Positions 17,609 to 26,480 of a stretch of DNA of 59,705 nucleotides are shown piece after piece. The DNA is taken from the NCBI GenBank assembly GCA_035476235.1, contig DATILQ010000266.1:1-59705 (forward strand), written 5' to 3'. This stretch comes from Burkholderiales bacterium (GTDB taxonomy: Bacteria > Pseudomonadota > Gammaproteobacteria > Burkholderiales > SG8-39). Both the position numbers and the translations under genes were made by a program. Each line of letters begins with the position of its first letter. Positions within the stretch are counted from its first letter, which is position 1. The notes under the pieces are model-generated. The model worked only from the letters and a program-made list of their open reading frames with translations, was not told where the DNA came from and searched no databases.

Positions 17609-18394
17609 ATGCTCAAAGAAGGAAAAGTCTATCGACTCACCGAAGAAGGCCGCAAGGCCTGGGAGAGCCAGGACGTGGCGATCCCGGCCGAGTACCGGCG
17701 CATTCTCTGGCTGATCGAGACCGAGGCGCACGTCGACGTCGTGCGCGGCTGCTTGCGCGAGTATCCGGATGAGCTGCTCGACGAATGGCTGGGAGAGCTC
17801 GAGGAGCTCGATCTGCTTCACTCGAAGCAGACCGTGGTCGAGTACGACCTGGATCTTTCCGCGGCGGACGCGAAAGCGCGTGCCCTGGTGGAAGAAGACA
17901 CGGTACGCCTGGACCGGGACGCCCTGGAGATCGGCAGCAAGCTGGCGCGCGACGGGGTCTATATCGCCGAGGAGCGTTTGATGAACCGCGCCGGCGTCCA
18001 GAAGCCGCGCGCCGAGACGGTGGTCCTCGTCGTCGAGGATGACCCCGACCAGCTGGCGCTCGCCGATCTCAGGGTAACGATGGCCGGATACGTGGTGCGC
18101 ATCGCGGACTCGGTGAATGCGCTGCTGCATTCGCTGCTGGACCACGGCACACCCGATATCCTGGTTCTCGACGTCATGCTGCCCGACGGCGATGGCTTCG
18201 ACGTCCTGGCGAAGATGCGCCGGCACCCGATCTACGCCATGCTGCCGATCGTGCTGCTCACGGCAAGGAGCGACCCTGAGGACATCCGCAGGGGACTCGG
18301 GCTGGGCGCGGACGGCTATATCACCAAGCCGTACAGCAAGAACATTCTTGCGGGGACGATCCAGCGCGTACTGAAGCAGTCCGCTGCAGCCTAA
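17609..18394 (+). CDS. Response regulator with a C-terminal receiver domain and an uncharacterised N-terminal domain of about 135 aa
   Basis: The REC domain is visible (VVLVVEDD..., DILVLDVMLPDGDGF, LLTAR, GADGYITKP). I did not recognise the N-terminal domain. Confidence 0.85.
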   Translation: MLKEGKVYRLTEEGRKAWESQDVAIPAEYRRILWLIETEAHVDVVRGCLREYPDELLDEWLGELEELDLLHSKQTVVEYDLDLSAADAKARALVEEDTVRLDRDALEIGSKLARDGVYIAEERLMNRAGVQKPRAETVVLVVEDDPDQLALADLRVTMAGYVVRIADSVNALLHSLLDHGTPDILVLDVMLPDGDGFDVLAKMRRHPIYAMLPIVLLTARSDPEDIRRGLGLGADGYITKPYSKNILAGTIQRVLKQSAAA

Positions 18395-18476
18395 CCGCGT
18401 TCCCGCGCAGTCAGCTTGGCGCAAGGGAGCAGCAGGCGGCATGGCATACACTGGGTGCGCGGAATGGGGGTTCGCC

Positions 18477-18608
18477 ATGGAACAGCCGAAGCAGGAAGGC
18501 GTGCCGTTCAAGCAGATGAAGCCCCGCCAGAAGGTGTTTTTCATCCTCAAGCTGGCGGTCTGCATTCTGACTTTCGGCCTCGTGTTCCCGAACGTCATGA
18601 GCGACTGA
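18477..18608 (+). CDS. Candidate 43-aa small membrane protein (below the ORF-track cutoff)
   Basis: Translated by hand as MEQPKQEGVPFKQMKPRQKVFFILKLAVCILTFGLVFPNVMSD. Basic N-terminus plus one TM segment, with low-bias composition. Confidence 0.35.
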   Translation: MEQPKQEGVPFKQMKPRQKVFFILKLAVCILTFGLVFPNVMSD

Positions 18609-18621
18609 GCGCCGCGCCGGG

Positions 18622-20739
18622 CTACTCGCGCACGCGCGTAATCTTTTTCACGTCGGGGAGTCGCCGCAGCGCGCGTATCACTCGCGCGAGGTGCTGGCGA
18701 TTGGCGACCTCGACCACGAAGTGCATGTTGGTGAAGACCGCGCGGTCCTCCGCCATGGTGATCGAGTCGATGTTCGAGCCGGCTTCCGCGATCTCGGAGG
18801 CGACCTTGGCGAGCACGCCGCGGCGGTTCTCCACCATGGCGTTGATGGCCGCCTGGAAAAGCCGCGTGGTGCGCGGATCCCACTCGACGTCGATCCATTG
18901 ATCGGGCTCGTTCTTGCGCGAGCGCACGATGCTCCCGCAATCGGAGGCGTGCACCACCAGGCCCTGGCCCTTCTTGATCGAGCCGACGATCGCGTCGCCC
19001 GGGATCGGCCGGCAGCAGGTGGCGAGCTGCACCGCCATGCCCTCCGTGCCGCGGATCACGACGCTGCCGCCGGGCTTGGCTTCCTCGCGCGCGGCGTCGC
19101 TGCGCTTGAGCAGCCGCCGCGCCACCACCGCCGGCAGCCGCTTGCCCAGGCCGATGTCGGCGAGCAGCTCCTCGCGCGAGCGGGCGCCGCCGTCGCGCAC
19201 GACGCGCTCCCAGCTGGCGTCGTCGACGTCGGCGAGCGAGCCGTTCAGCGCCTTGATCGCCTGGTCCAGCAGCCGCTCGCCGAGCCCGGCCGATTCCTCG
19301 TACTGCATGGTCTTCAGGAAGTGGCGGATGTTGGAGCGCGCCTTGGCCGTGCGCACGTACTGCAGCCATCCCGGGTTGGGCTTGGCGTGGCTGGCGGTGA
19401 TGATCTCGACGCGGTCGCCGTTCCTGAGCTCGGTGCGCAGCGGGACCAGCTCGCCGTTGACCTTGGCCGCCACGCAGCGGTTGCCGATGTCGGTGTGCAC
19501 TGCGTAGGCGAAGTCCACCGCGGTCGCGCCGCGCGGCAGCGACAGGATCTTGCCCTTGGGCGTGAACACGTAGACCTCGTCGGGGAACAGGTCCACCTTG
19601 ACGTGCTCGAGGAACTCCTGCGGGTCGCCCGACTGGTGCTGGATCTCGAGCAGCGACTGCAGCCAGCGGTGCGTCTGCTTCTGCAGCTCGGAGAGCTTGT
19701 CGGTGTCGTCCTTGTAGATCCAGTGCGAGGCGACGCCGGAGTCGGCGATGCGGTGCATCTGCTCGGTGCGCACCTGGACCTCCAGCGGCACGCCGTAGGG
19801 GCCGATCAAGTCGGTGTGCAGCGACTGATAGCCGTTCGCCTTGGGAATGGCGATGTAGTCCTTGAACTTGCCGGGGATCGGCTTGTAAAGGGAGTGCAGC
19901 GCGCCGAGCGCGAGATAGCAGGCCGGCACGTCCTTCACGATCACGCGGCAGCCGAAGATGTCGTGCACCTCGGAAAACGAAAGATGTTTCTCGATCATCT
20001 TGCGGTAAGTCGAGTAGACGTGCTTTTCGCGGCCCTGCACGCTCGCCTCGATGCCGCTCTCGGAGAGCTTGCGCTTGACCGCTTCCAGCGTCCTGCCGAT
20101 CATCTCGCGCCGGTTGCCGCGCGCCGCCTTGGTGGCCTTGGCCAGCACCTTGTAGCGCGACGGGTAGAGGTGCGAAAAGGCGAGCTCCTGCAGCTCGTGG
20201 TACAGGCTGTTCAGCCCCAGCCGGTTGGCGATGGGGGCATAGATCTCCATCGTCTCGCGCGCAACGCGGCGGCGCTTGGCGGGCGGCACCGCGCCGAGCG
20301 TGCGCATGTTGTGAAGCCGGTCGGCGAGCTTGATCAGGATGACGCGCACGTCGCGCGCCATGGCGAGCAGCATCTTGCGGAAGTTCTCGGCCTGCGCGTC
20401 CTCGGCGCTCTGGAACTCGATGCGGTCGAGCTTGGAGACGCCGTCGACCAGCTCGGCGACCGGCTTGCCGAAGGTGTCGGAGATCTCGTCGTTGGTGACC
20501 GAGGTGTCCTCGGTCACGTCGTGCAGCAGCGCCGCCATCAGCGTCTGCCCGTCGAGATGCCAATCGGCGAGGATCTCGGCGACGGCGAGGGGGTGCGAGA
20601 TGTAGGGGTCGCCCGACTGGCGCGTCTGCCCGGCGTGCGCCGCCTCGGAGAACCGGTAAGCCTCGGCGAGGCGCGCGACGTCCTTCGGCTTCAGGTAGCC
20701 GAAGCGATCGGGGTTCGGCAATGAGACCGCAGCAGCCAT
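18622..20739 (-). CDS. spoT: Bifunctional (p)ppGpp synthetase / pyrophosphohydrolase
   Basis: HD hydrolase domain (HPLAVAEILAD...LHDVTEDT), RelA/SpoT synthetase, TGS and C-terminal ACT regions. Conserved gmk-rpoZ-spoT context. Confidence 0.95.
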   Translation of the reverse strand: MAAAVSLPNPDRFGYLKPKDVARLAEAYRFSEAAHAGQTRQSGDPYISHPLAVAEILADWHLDGQTLMAALLHDVTEDTSVTNDEISDTFGKPVAELVDGVSKLDRIEFQSAEDAQAENFRKMLLAMARDVRVILIKLADRLHNMRTLGAVPPAKRRRVARETMEIYAPIANRLGLNSLYHELQELAFSHLYPSRYKVLAKATKAARGNRREMIGRTLEAVKRKLSESGIEASVQGREKHVYSTYRKMIEKHLSFSEVHDIFGCRVIVKDVPACYLALGALHSLYKPIPGKFKDYIAIPKANGYQSLHTDLIGPYGVPLEVQVRTEQMHRIADSGVASHWIYKDDTDKLSELQKQTHRWLQSLLEIQHQSGDPQEFLEHVKVDLFPDEVYVFTPKGKILSLPRGATAVDFAYAVHTDIGNRCVAAKVNGELVPLRTELRNGDRVEIITASHAKPNPGWLQYVRTAKARSNIRHFLKTMQYEESAGLGERLLDQAIKALNGSLADVDDASWERVVRDGGARSREELLADIGLGKRLPAVVARRLLKRSDAAREEAKPGGSVVIRGTEGMAVQLATCCRPIPGDAIVGSIKKGQGLVVHASDCGSIVRSRKNEPDQWIDVEWDPRTTRLFQAAINAMVENRRGVLAKVASEIAEAGSNIDSITMAEDRAVFTNMHFVVEVANRQHLARVIRALRRLPDVKKITRVRE

Positions 20740-20763
20740 GGGGTCAGACCCGACCCCATTCTC

Positions 20764-20988
20764 TTACAAGCCCGTCGCGGGCGGGGTCGGATTCTTCTTC
20801 AGTACTTCGGTGCCGACCTTGCCGGTGGCGATCTCGCGCAGCGCGATCACGGTCGATTTGTCGCGGTTCGGCTCGACCAGCGGCGAAGCGCCGGCGCCGA
20901 GTTGGCGCGCGCGGTAAGTCGCCGCCAGCGTGAGCTGGAAGCGGTTGGGAATTCTCTTCAGGCAGTCGTCAACGGTGATGCGGGCCAT
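20764..20988 (-). CDS. rpoZ: DNA-directed RNA polymerase subunit omega
   Basis: [30 protein letters not shown] is a canonical RpoZ N-terminus. Confidence 0.95.
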   Translation of the reverse strand: MARITVDDCLKRIPNRFQLTLAATYRARQLGAGASPLVEPNRDKSTVIALREIATGKVGTEVLKKNPTPPATGL

Positions 20989-21547
20989 GTGTTTTGCGTT
21001 CAGTCCTGATGATGTCGGCGAGCTGCCGCCGAGCGGTATCGAAGTCTTTGTTAATTATACTGTATTTGAACTCGCCGGCGTGCGCCAGTTCATCGCGGGC
21101 ATTTTGCATGCGGCGCTGGATGACGTCCTCGGCATCCAGGCCGCGGGCGCGCATGCGCCGCTCCAGCTCCTCGATCGAAGGCGGCAGGATGAACACGCCG
21201 ACGGTGTCGGGATAGAGCTTGCGCACCTGCTGCGCCCCTTGCCAGTCGATTTCGAGGATCAGGTTGTCGCCGCGCTCCAGCGCATCGACGATCAGCTTCT
21301 TCGAAGTGCCGTAGCGGTAGCCGTGCACCTCGGCGCTCTCGAGAAACTCGCCGCGGCTGCGCATGGCGAGGAACGTCGCGTCGTCGACAAAATGGTAGTC
21401 GACGCCATCCTTCTCGCCCGGGCGCGGCGCTCGCGTGGTGTACGAGACGGAGAACTTGAGGCTCGGGTCCTCCCGCATCAGCGCGTCGATCAGCGACGTC
21501 TTGCCCGCCCCCGACGGCGCGGTGATCACGAACAGAAGCCCGCTCAT
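20969..21547 (-). CDS. gmk: Guanylate kinase
   Basis: P-loop [30 protein letters not shown], and context upstream of rpoZ. The 3' end overlaps rpoZ by 20 nt. Confidence 0.95.
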   Translation of the reverse strand: MSGLLFVITAPSGAGKTSLIDALMREDPSLKFSVSYTTRAPRPGEKDGVDYHFVDDATFLAMRSRGEFLESAEVHGYRYGTSKKLIVDALERGDNLILEIDWQGAQQVRKLYPDTVGVFILPPSIEELERRMRARGLDAEDVIQRRMQNARDELAHAGEFKYSIINKDFDTARRQLADIIRTERKTHGPHHR

Positions 21548-22410
21548 TCGATGTTCTGCACCTGTTCACGGACTTGCTCGACCAGGACCTTGAGCTCGAG
21601 CGCGCAGTCCGACAGCGGCTGGCTCGCCGCCTTCGAAGCGAGCGTGTTGGCCTCGCGATTGAGCTCCTGGGCGATGAAGTCGAGCCGCTTGCCGACCGCC
21701 CCGCCCTGCTTGAGCGTGCGCTCGGCCTCGGCGAGGTGCGCGCGCAGGCGCTCCAGCTCTTCGTCGACGTCGACCTTGGCGGCGAACACCGCCAGCTCCG
21801 CGCGCACGCGGTCGTCGTCGGCGCTGCCAAGCGCCTCGCGCAGCCGCTCGGCGAGCCTGGCCTGGTAAGCGGCGAGCGATTGCGGCACGAGCGGCGCCAC
21901 CTCCTCGACGCGCCGGCGCATGGCGGCGATGCGCTCGCCGATGGTCGCAGCGAGCTTCGCGCCCTCGCGGGCGCGCGCCGCCACCAGCTCGTCCAGCGCG
22001 GCCTGGCACAGCCGCTCGGCGATCGCGCGCAGCGTCTCTTCGTCAACCTCGCGCTCGGCGACCACGCCGGGCCAGCGCAGCACATCTGCGACGCGCAACG
22101 GCGCCGCGTCCGGAAAGGTCTTCTGCGCCTCGGCCGCCAGGTGCTTTAGCCGCGCGATCGCCTCCGCATTCAGACGTTGCGGCCGTTGCGGAATATCCTT
22201 GTCATTCAGAAACAGACGGCAATCGACCTTGCCGCGGGCGACGCGCGCAAGGATCAGGTCGCGCAGCCTGGGCTCGAGCGGGCGCAGCTCCTCCGCGACG
22301 CGGAACTGCAGATCGAGGAAGCGCGCGTTCACCGAGCGCAGCTCGAGGCTGAGCGTGCCGCGGGGCGAATCGGCCGCTGCGGCGGCGTAGCCGGTCATGC
22401 TCTGGATCAT
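21544..22410 (-). CDS. yicC: YicC-family stress-induced protein
   Basis: The start MIQSMTGYA... and the C-terminal EANTLASKA...[12 protein letters not shown] are hallmarks of YicC. ATGA overlap with gmk. Confidence 0.9.
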   Translation of the reverse strand: MIQSMTGYAAAAADSPRGTLSLELRSVNARFLDLQFRVAEELRPLEPRLRDLILARVARGKVDCRLFLNDKDIPQRPQRLNAEAIARLKHLAAEAQKTFPDAAPLRVADVLRWPGVVAEREVDEETLRAIAERLCQAALDELVAARAREGAKLAATIGERIAAMRRRVEEVAPLVPQSLAAYQARLAERLREALGSADDDRVRAELAVFAAKVDVDEELERLRAHLAEAERTLKQGGAVGKRLDFIAQELNREANTLASKAASQPLSDCALELKVLVEQVREQVQNIE

Positions 22411-22429
22411 TTCGTTATCATAGGAGGAG

Positions 22430-23320
22430 ATGGCGTCCCAAGCCAACCAGCCGGGCGGGCAAGTCAACGAGCCGATTCCTGTAGGCACGCAGCTCGAGAA
22501 CTACCGCATCGTCCGCCTTCTCGCCTCCGGCGGCTTCTCGTTCGTGTACCTCGCCCATGACGAGAATGATGCGCCGGTCGCGATCAAGGAGTACCTGCCC
22601 TCGACGCTCGCCTTGCGCGCGAACGGCGAATCGTTTCCGCGCATCCCGGAGCAGGACCTGGCGACCTTCCGCGTCGGCATGAAATCCTTCTTCGAGGAAG
22701 GCCGCGCGCTCGCGCGCCTGTCGCATCCGAATATCGTGCGCGTGCTCAATTTCTTTCGCGCCAACGAGACGGTCTATCTCGTGATGCGCTACGAACGCGG
22801 CCGCACGCTGCACGATCACATCGGCCGGCGCCGCGGCGCGCTCAAGGAGGCCTGGATCCGCGCCACCTTCGCCCAGCTGCTCAACGGCCTGCGCGAAGTG
22901 CATTCGAACAAGCTCCTGCACCTCGACATCAAGCCGTCGAACGTGTACCTGCGCACCGACGGCACGCCGGTGCTGCTCGACTTCGGCGCCGCGCGCCAGG
23001 CGTTCTCGGCGGAGGGCATGAAACTGCCGCAAACCTTCACTCCGGGGTTCGCCTCGCCCGAGCAGCATGTCGATCGCGAGGTGCTCGGTCCCTGGAGCGA
23101 CATCTACTCGGTCGGCGCCACCATGTATGCCTGCCTGGGCAACGCGCTGCTGCAGCCTGCCGACCAGCGCCTGACAGACGACAAGCTGGGGCCGGCGCGG
23201 CGCGTATGGGAGGGAAAGTATTCCCACGAGCTGCTCGAAACGGTGGACTGGTGCCTGCAGCTGCATCACCTCGACCGGCCGCAGAGCGTGTTCTTGCTGC
23301 AGAAGGCCCTGCGGTCGTGA
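22430..23320 (+). CDS. Soluble Hanks-type Ser/Thr protein kinase (kinase domain only)
   Basis: GGFSFVY glycine loop, VAIKE lysine, HLDIKPSNV catalytic loop, DFG, SPE. AGGAGG RBS. Confidence 0.9.
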   Translation: MASQANQPGGQVNEPIPVGTQLENYRIVRLLASGGFSFVYLAHDENDAPVAIKEYLPSTLALRANGESFPRIPEQDLATFRVGMKSFFEEGRALARLSHPNIVRVLNFFRANETVYLVMRYERGRTLHDHIGRRRGALKEAWIRATFAQLLNGLREVHSNKLLHLDIKPSNVYLRTDGTPVLLDFGAARQAFSAEGMKLPQTFTPGFASPEQHVDREVLGPWSDIYSVGATMYACLGNALLQPADQRLTDDKLGPARRVWEGKYSHELLETVDWCLQLHHLDRPQSVFLLQKALRS

Positions 23321-24219
23321 AGTTCTCCATCGTGCAAGACAGCCGGCGCGGCACGCGGCGCCTCAACGAGGATCGCGTCGGCCACTGGGAGTCGCCCGGC
23401 GCGCTGCTGATGGCGGTGGCCGACGGCCTCGGCGGGCACCTGCACGGCGAAATCGCTGCGCACCTCGCGATCGAGTGCTTCGGCGCGGCGTTCCTGCGCG
23501 AGGCACGCCCGCAGCTCGCCGACCCGGTACAGTTTCTCCCGCGCACGATGGCCGCCGCGCACGAGGCCATCGTGCGGCACACGGAGAAGCTGCAGCTGTC
23601 CGACATGCCGCGCACGGTGCTCGTCGCCTGCGTAGTGCAGGACGGCCATGCCCACTGGAGCAATGTCGGCGACTGCCGGCTTTACCTGCTGCGCGAGGGC
23701 CGCGTGCTCGCCCGCACACGCGATGACACGGTGGTGCAGCAGCTGGTGGACGAGGGCCGCATCCGCGAGGAGGCGATCGCCTCGCACCCCGAGCGCAACC
23801 GGCTGCTGCAGACCCTCGGCGGCTACCTGGCCCCGCGGCCGGCGGGCGCAAGCGCCCGGCTGGCAAAAAACGACGTGCTGCTGCTCTGCTCGGACGGCTT
23901 CTGGGGACCGCTCACCCAGCGCCAGCTGGTGCACGGTTTCATCGCCAACCCGCTCGGTCAGGCGATTCCCGATCTCATGGCGCTCGCCGAAAAGAGGGCC
24001 GGAGACGAGGCCGATAATCTCTCCGTGGTGGCGCTGGCGTGGGGCGAGGACGAGGTCGCCGCCGCCGATGTCGCGCAGACCGTCCCGCAACTCGAACCCG
24101 CGACCGACGTGCAGGACTTCAGCGCCACCGACCTCGATTTCCTGCGCATGTCCGACGAGGACATCGAAAGAGCGATCGCCGAGATCAAGGCGGCCCTGCG
24201 CAAGAACGCGCCGCGATGA
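23317..24219 (+). CDS. PP2C-family Ser/Thr phosphatase
   Basis: The GTG start overlaps the kinase stop (GTGA). NEDR, AVADGLGGH, CSDG and DNLSVV motifs. Confidence 0.9.
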   Translation: MKFSIVQDSRRGTRRLNEDRVGHWESPGALLMAVADGLGGHLHGEIAAHLAIECFGAAFLREARPQLADPVQFLPRTMAAAHEAIVRHTEKLQLSDMPRTVLVACVVQDGHAHWSNVGDCRLYLLREGRVLARTRDDTVVQQLVDEGRIREEAIASHPERNRLLQTLGGYLAPRPAGASARLAKNDVLLLCSDGFWGPLTQRQLVHGFIANPLGQAIPDLMALAEKRAGDEADNLSVVALAWGEDEVAAADVAQTVPQLEPATDVQDFSATDLDFLRMSDEDIERAIAEIKAALRKNAPR

Positions 24220-24815
24220 AACTCGTCCTGGCCAGCAACAATCCCGGCAAGCTGCGGGAGATCGGGGCGCTGCTCGCGCCGCGGTCGATTGAAGTCGTAC
24301 CGCAGTCCGTGCTCGGGGTCGGCGAGGCCGGTGAGCCGCACGCCACTTTTCTCGAGAATGCGCTCGCCAAGGCCCGGCACGCGAGCCGGGCCGCGGGCCT
24401 GCCCGCGCTTGCCGATGACTCGGGACTGTGCGTCGAGGCACTCGCTGGTGAGCCCGGAGTGCACTCGGCCTACTACGCGGGGCGCCACGGCAGCCGCGAG
24501 GAGCGGGACGCCCGCAACAATGAAAAAATTCTCCTGAACGTGAAGCAGGATCGCAAAGCCTATTATTGCTGCGTCATGGTCCTGCTGCGGCATCCCGACG
24601 ACCCGCGCCCGCTTGTCGCCGAAGGCATCTGGAGAGGCGAGATCGCCCGCGCCCCGCGCGGCACAAACGGCTTCGGCTACGACCCGCTGTTCCTGCTCCC
24701 CGAGCGGGGGCTGACGGCGGCGCAGCTCGATCCCGCGCAGAAGAACCGCGTGAGCCACCGCGGACGGGCGTTGGCGAAGCTTTTGGAGCTGTTGAATGGA
24801 TCCAGTCGTCCTTAG
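24216..24815 (+). CDS. rdgB: Non-canonical purine NTP pyrophosphatase (RdgB/HAM1)
   Basis: ATGA overlap with the PP2C stop. MKLVLASNNPGKLREI, DDSGL, FGYDP and SHRGRA motifs. Confidence 0.95.
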   Translation: MKLVLASNNPGKLREIGALLAPRSIEVVPQSVLGVGEAGEPHATFLENALAKARHASRAAGLPALADDSGLCVEALAGEPGVHSAYYAGRHGSREERDARNNEKILLNVKQDRKAYYCCVMVLLRHPDDPRPLVAEGIWRGEIARAPRGTNGFGYDPLFLLPERGLTAAQLDPAQKNRVSHRGRALAKLLELLNGSSRP

Positions 24816-26004
24816 CAAGCCCGGGGAAGTCAGGCTGGAGCTTCTGCCTCCGCTCGCGCTCTATGTTCACATCCCCTGGTGCGTGCGCAAATGCCCGTAC
24901 TGCGACTTCAACTCGCACGAGCGCGCCGGAGCGCTGCCTGAGCGCGAATACGTTGGAAAGCTCATCAACGACCTTGAGGAGCTTCTTCCTGCCGTGTGGG
25001 GAAGACGCATCGTCAGCGTGTTCATCGGCGGCGGCACGCCGAGCCTGTTCTCGCCCGCATCGATCGAGACGCTGCTTTCCGGCGTGCGCGCGCGCCTGCC
25101 GCTCGAGCCAGGGGCTGAAATCACGCTCGAAGCAAATCCGGGCACGGTCGAAGCGGCGCGCTTCGCCGGCTTCAGGCAGGCGGGCGTGAACCGCATCTCG
25201 GTGGGCGTGCAAAGCTTCGACGACCGCATGCTCGCGGCCCTCGGCCGCATCCACGGCGCGGACGAGGCGCGCCGCGCCGTCGCCGCGGCGCTGGAGAGCT
25301 TCGACAACGTGAATCTGGACCTGATGTACGGGCTGCCGGGCCAGACGCTGGCGATGGCGGGTTCCGACATCGAAGAGGCCGTGCGCCTGGGCGTGCCGCA
25401 CGTCTCGGCCTACCAGCTGACGATCGAGCCCAACACCGTGTTCTGGAGCAAGCCGCCGCAGCTGCCTCAGCATGACGAGAGCGCCGACATGCAGCTGGCG
25501 GCGGAGGGCGTGCTCTGCGCCGCGGGCTATGGGCATTACGAGACCTCGGCTTTCGCGCGCCCGGGGCATCGCTGCCGCCACAACCTCAACTACTGGGAAT
25601 TCGGCGACTATGCCGGCATCGGCGCCGGCGCGCACGGCAAGCTGAGTTTCCCCGGGCGCATCACGCGGCATTCGCGCATCAAGCAGCCCAGGGAGTATCT
25701 GCTTGCCAGGAGCTCCCTGATCGAGGACCGCGAGGTGCCGGCGGACGAGATTCCTTTCGAGTTCATGCTCAACGCGCTGCGGCTGGTGGAGGGTTTTCCC
25801 ATGGCGCTGTTCGCGGAGCGCACCGGTTTGCCGCCTGCGATGGTCGAAGCGAAGCTGGCAAAGGCGGAAAGCCAGGGCCTGATCGAGCGCGACTGGAAAC
25901 GCGTCTGCCCGACCGAGCGCGGGCGGCACTTCCTCAACGAGTTGCTTCAAATATTCCTTGAGGGAGCGCCCGCTCGATCATCAGCAGCCGAAGCTTCGTT
26001 TTGA
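24796..26004 (+). CDS. hemW: Radical SAM heme chaperone HemW (HemN-like)
   Basis: LYVHIPWCVRKCPYCDF radical-SAM CxxxCxxC motif. Canonical rdgB-hemW context. Confidence 0.9.
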   Translation: MDPVVLSKPGEVRLELLPPLALYVHIPWCVRKCPYCDFNSHERAGALPEREYVGKLINDLEELLPAVWGRRIVSVFIGGGTPSLFSPASIETLLSGVRARLPLEPGAEITLEANPGTVEAARFAGFRQAGVNRISVGVQSFDDRMLAALGRIHGADEARRAVAAALESFDNVNLDLMYGLPGQTLAMAGSDIEEAVRLGVPHVSAYQLTIEPNTVFWSKPPQLPQHDESADMQLAAEGVLCAAGYGHYETSAFARPGHRCRHNLNYWEFGDYAGIGAGAHGKLSFPGRITRHSRIKQPREYLLARSSLIEDREVPADEIPFEFMLNALRLVEGFPMALFAERTGLPPAMVEAKLAKAESQGLIERDWKRVCPTERGRHFLNELLQIFLEGAPARSSAAEASF

Positions 26005-26476
26005 GCCCGCCCATGGCGGAGAAGCCGCCTGCTTTCCCGCCCGCCGCGAGCACGCGATGGCAGGGCACCACGATCGCGAAGGGATTGCGGGCAAGCGCTA
26101 CGCCTACCTCGCGCGCCGAGCCGGGCGCGTTCAGCCGCGCTGCAATTTCGCCGTACGTGGTAGTGCTGCCGCAGGGAATGCTGCGGGCGACGCGATAGAC
26201 TTCGCGATCGAAATCCGGCACGCCGTCCAGGTCGAGCGCGATCGGGGAGAGATCGATCGCCTGGCCCTGCAGCAACGCGACGATGCGCTCGAGCGCATCC
26301 TGCACCGGCTGCGGCGGCGGCGCCTCGCGCGCCTGCGGAAAGCGCTTCCGGATCCGCGCCCGGGTCTCGCTGTCGCGCCGCTCGGGCAGACGCACGGCGA
26401 CGATGCCGCGCTCGCCCCAGGCGATGGCGCAGCGCCCGATCGGCGTGGCGAAAAGCGCAAAGCCGTGCTCTGCCAT
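25934..26476 (-). CDS. ogt: Methylated-DNA--protein-cysteine methyltransferase
   Basis: Starts at the internal ATG at 26476. Active-site VPCHRV and the TTYGEIA helix. Confidence 0.85.
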   Translation of the reverse strand: MAEHGFALFATPIGRCAIAWGERGIVAVRLPERRDSETRARIRKRFPQAREAPPPQPVQDALERIVALLQGQAIDLSPIALDLDGVPDFDREVYRVARSIPCGSTTTYGEIAARLNAPGSAREVGVALARNPFAIVVPCHRVLAAGGKAGGFSAMGGLKTKLRLLMIERALPQGIFEATR

Positions 26477-26480
26477 GGCC

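Noticed and set aside
17546-20563. 1005-aa ORF on the minus strand spanning the response-regulator gene and most of spoT
   Set aside because: Out of frame with spoT and antisense to the response regulator. The translation is dominated by Arg/Ala/Gly/Pro runs, typical of spurious open frames in GC-rich DNA, while the overlapping genes have clear family motifs.
18691-20724. 677-aa plus-strand ORF antisense to spoT
   Set aside because: A mirror-frame artefact of a long GC-rich gene. It has low-complexity composition (R, A, G, V, D, L) and no recognisable motifs.
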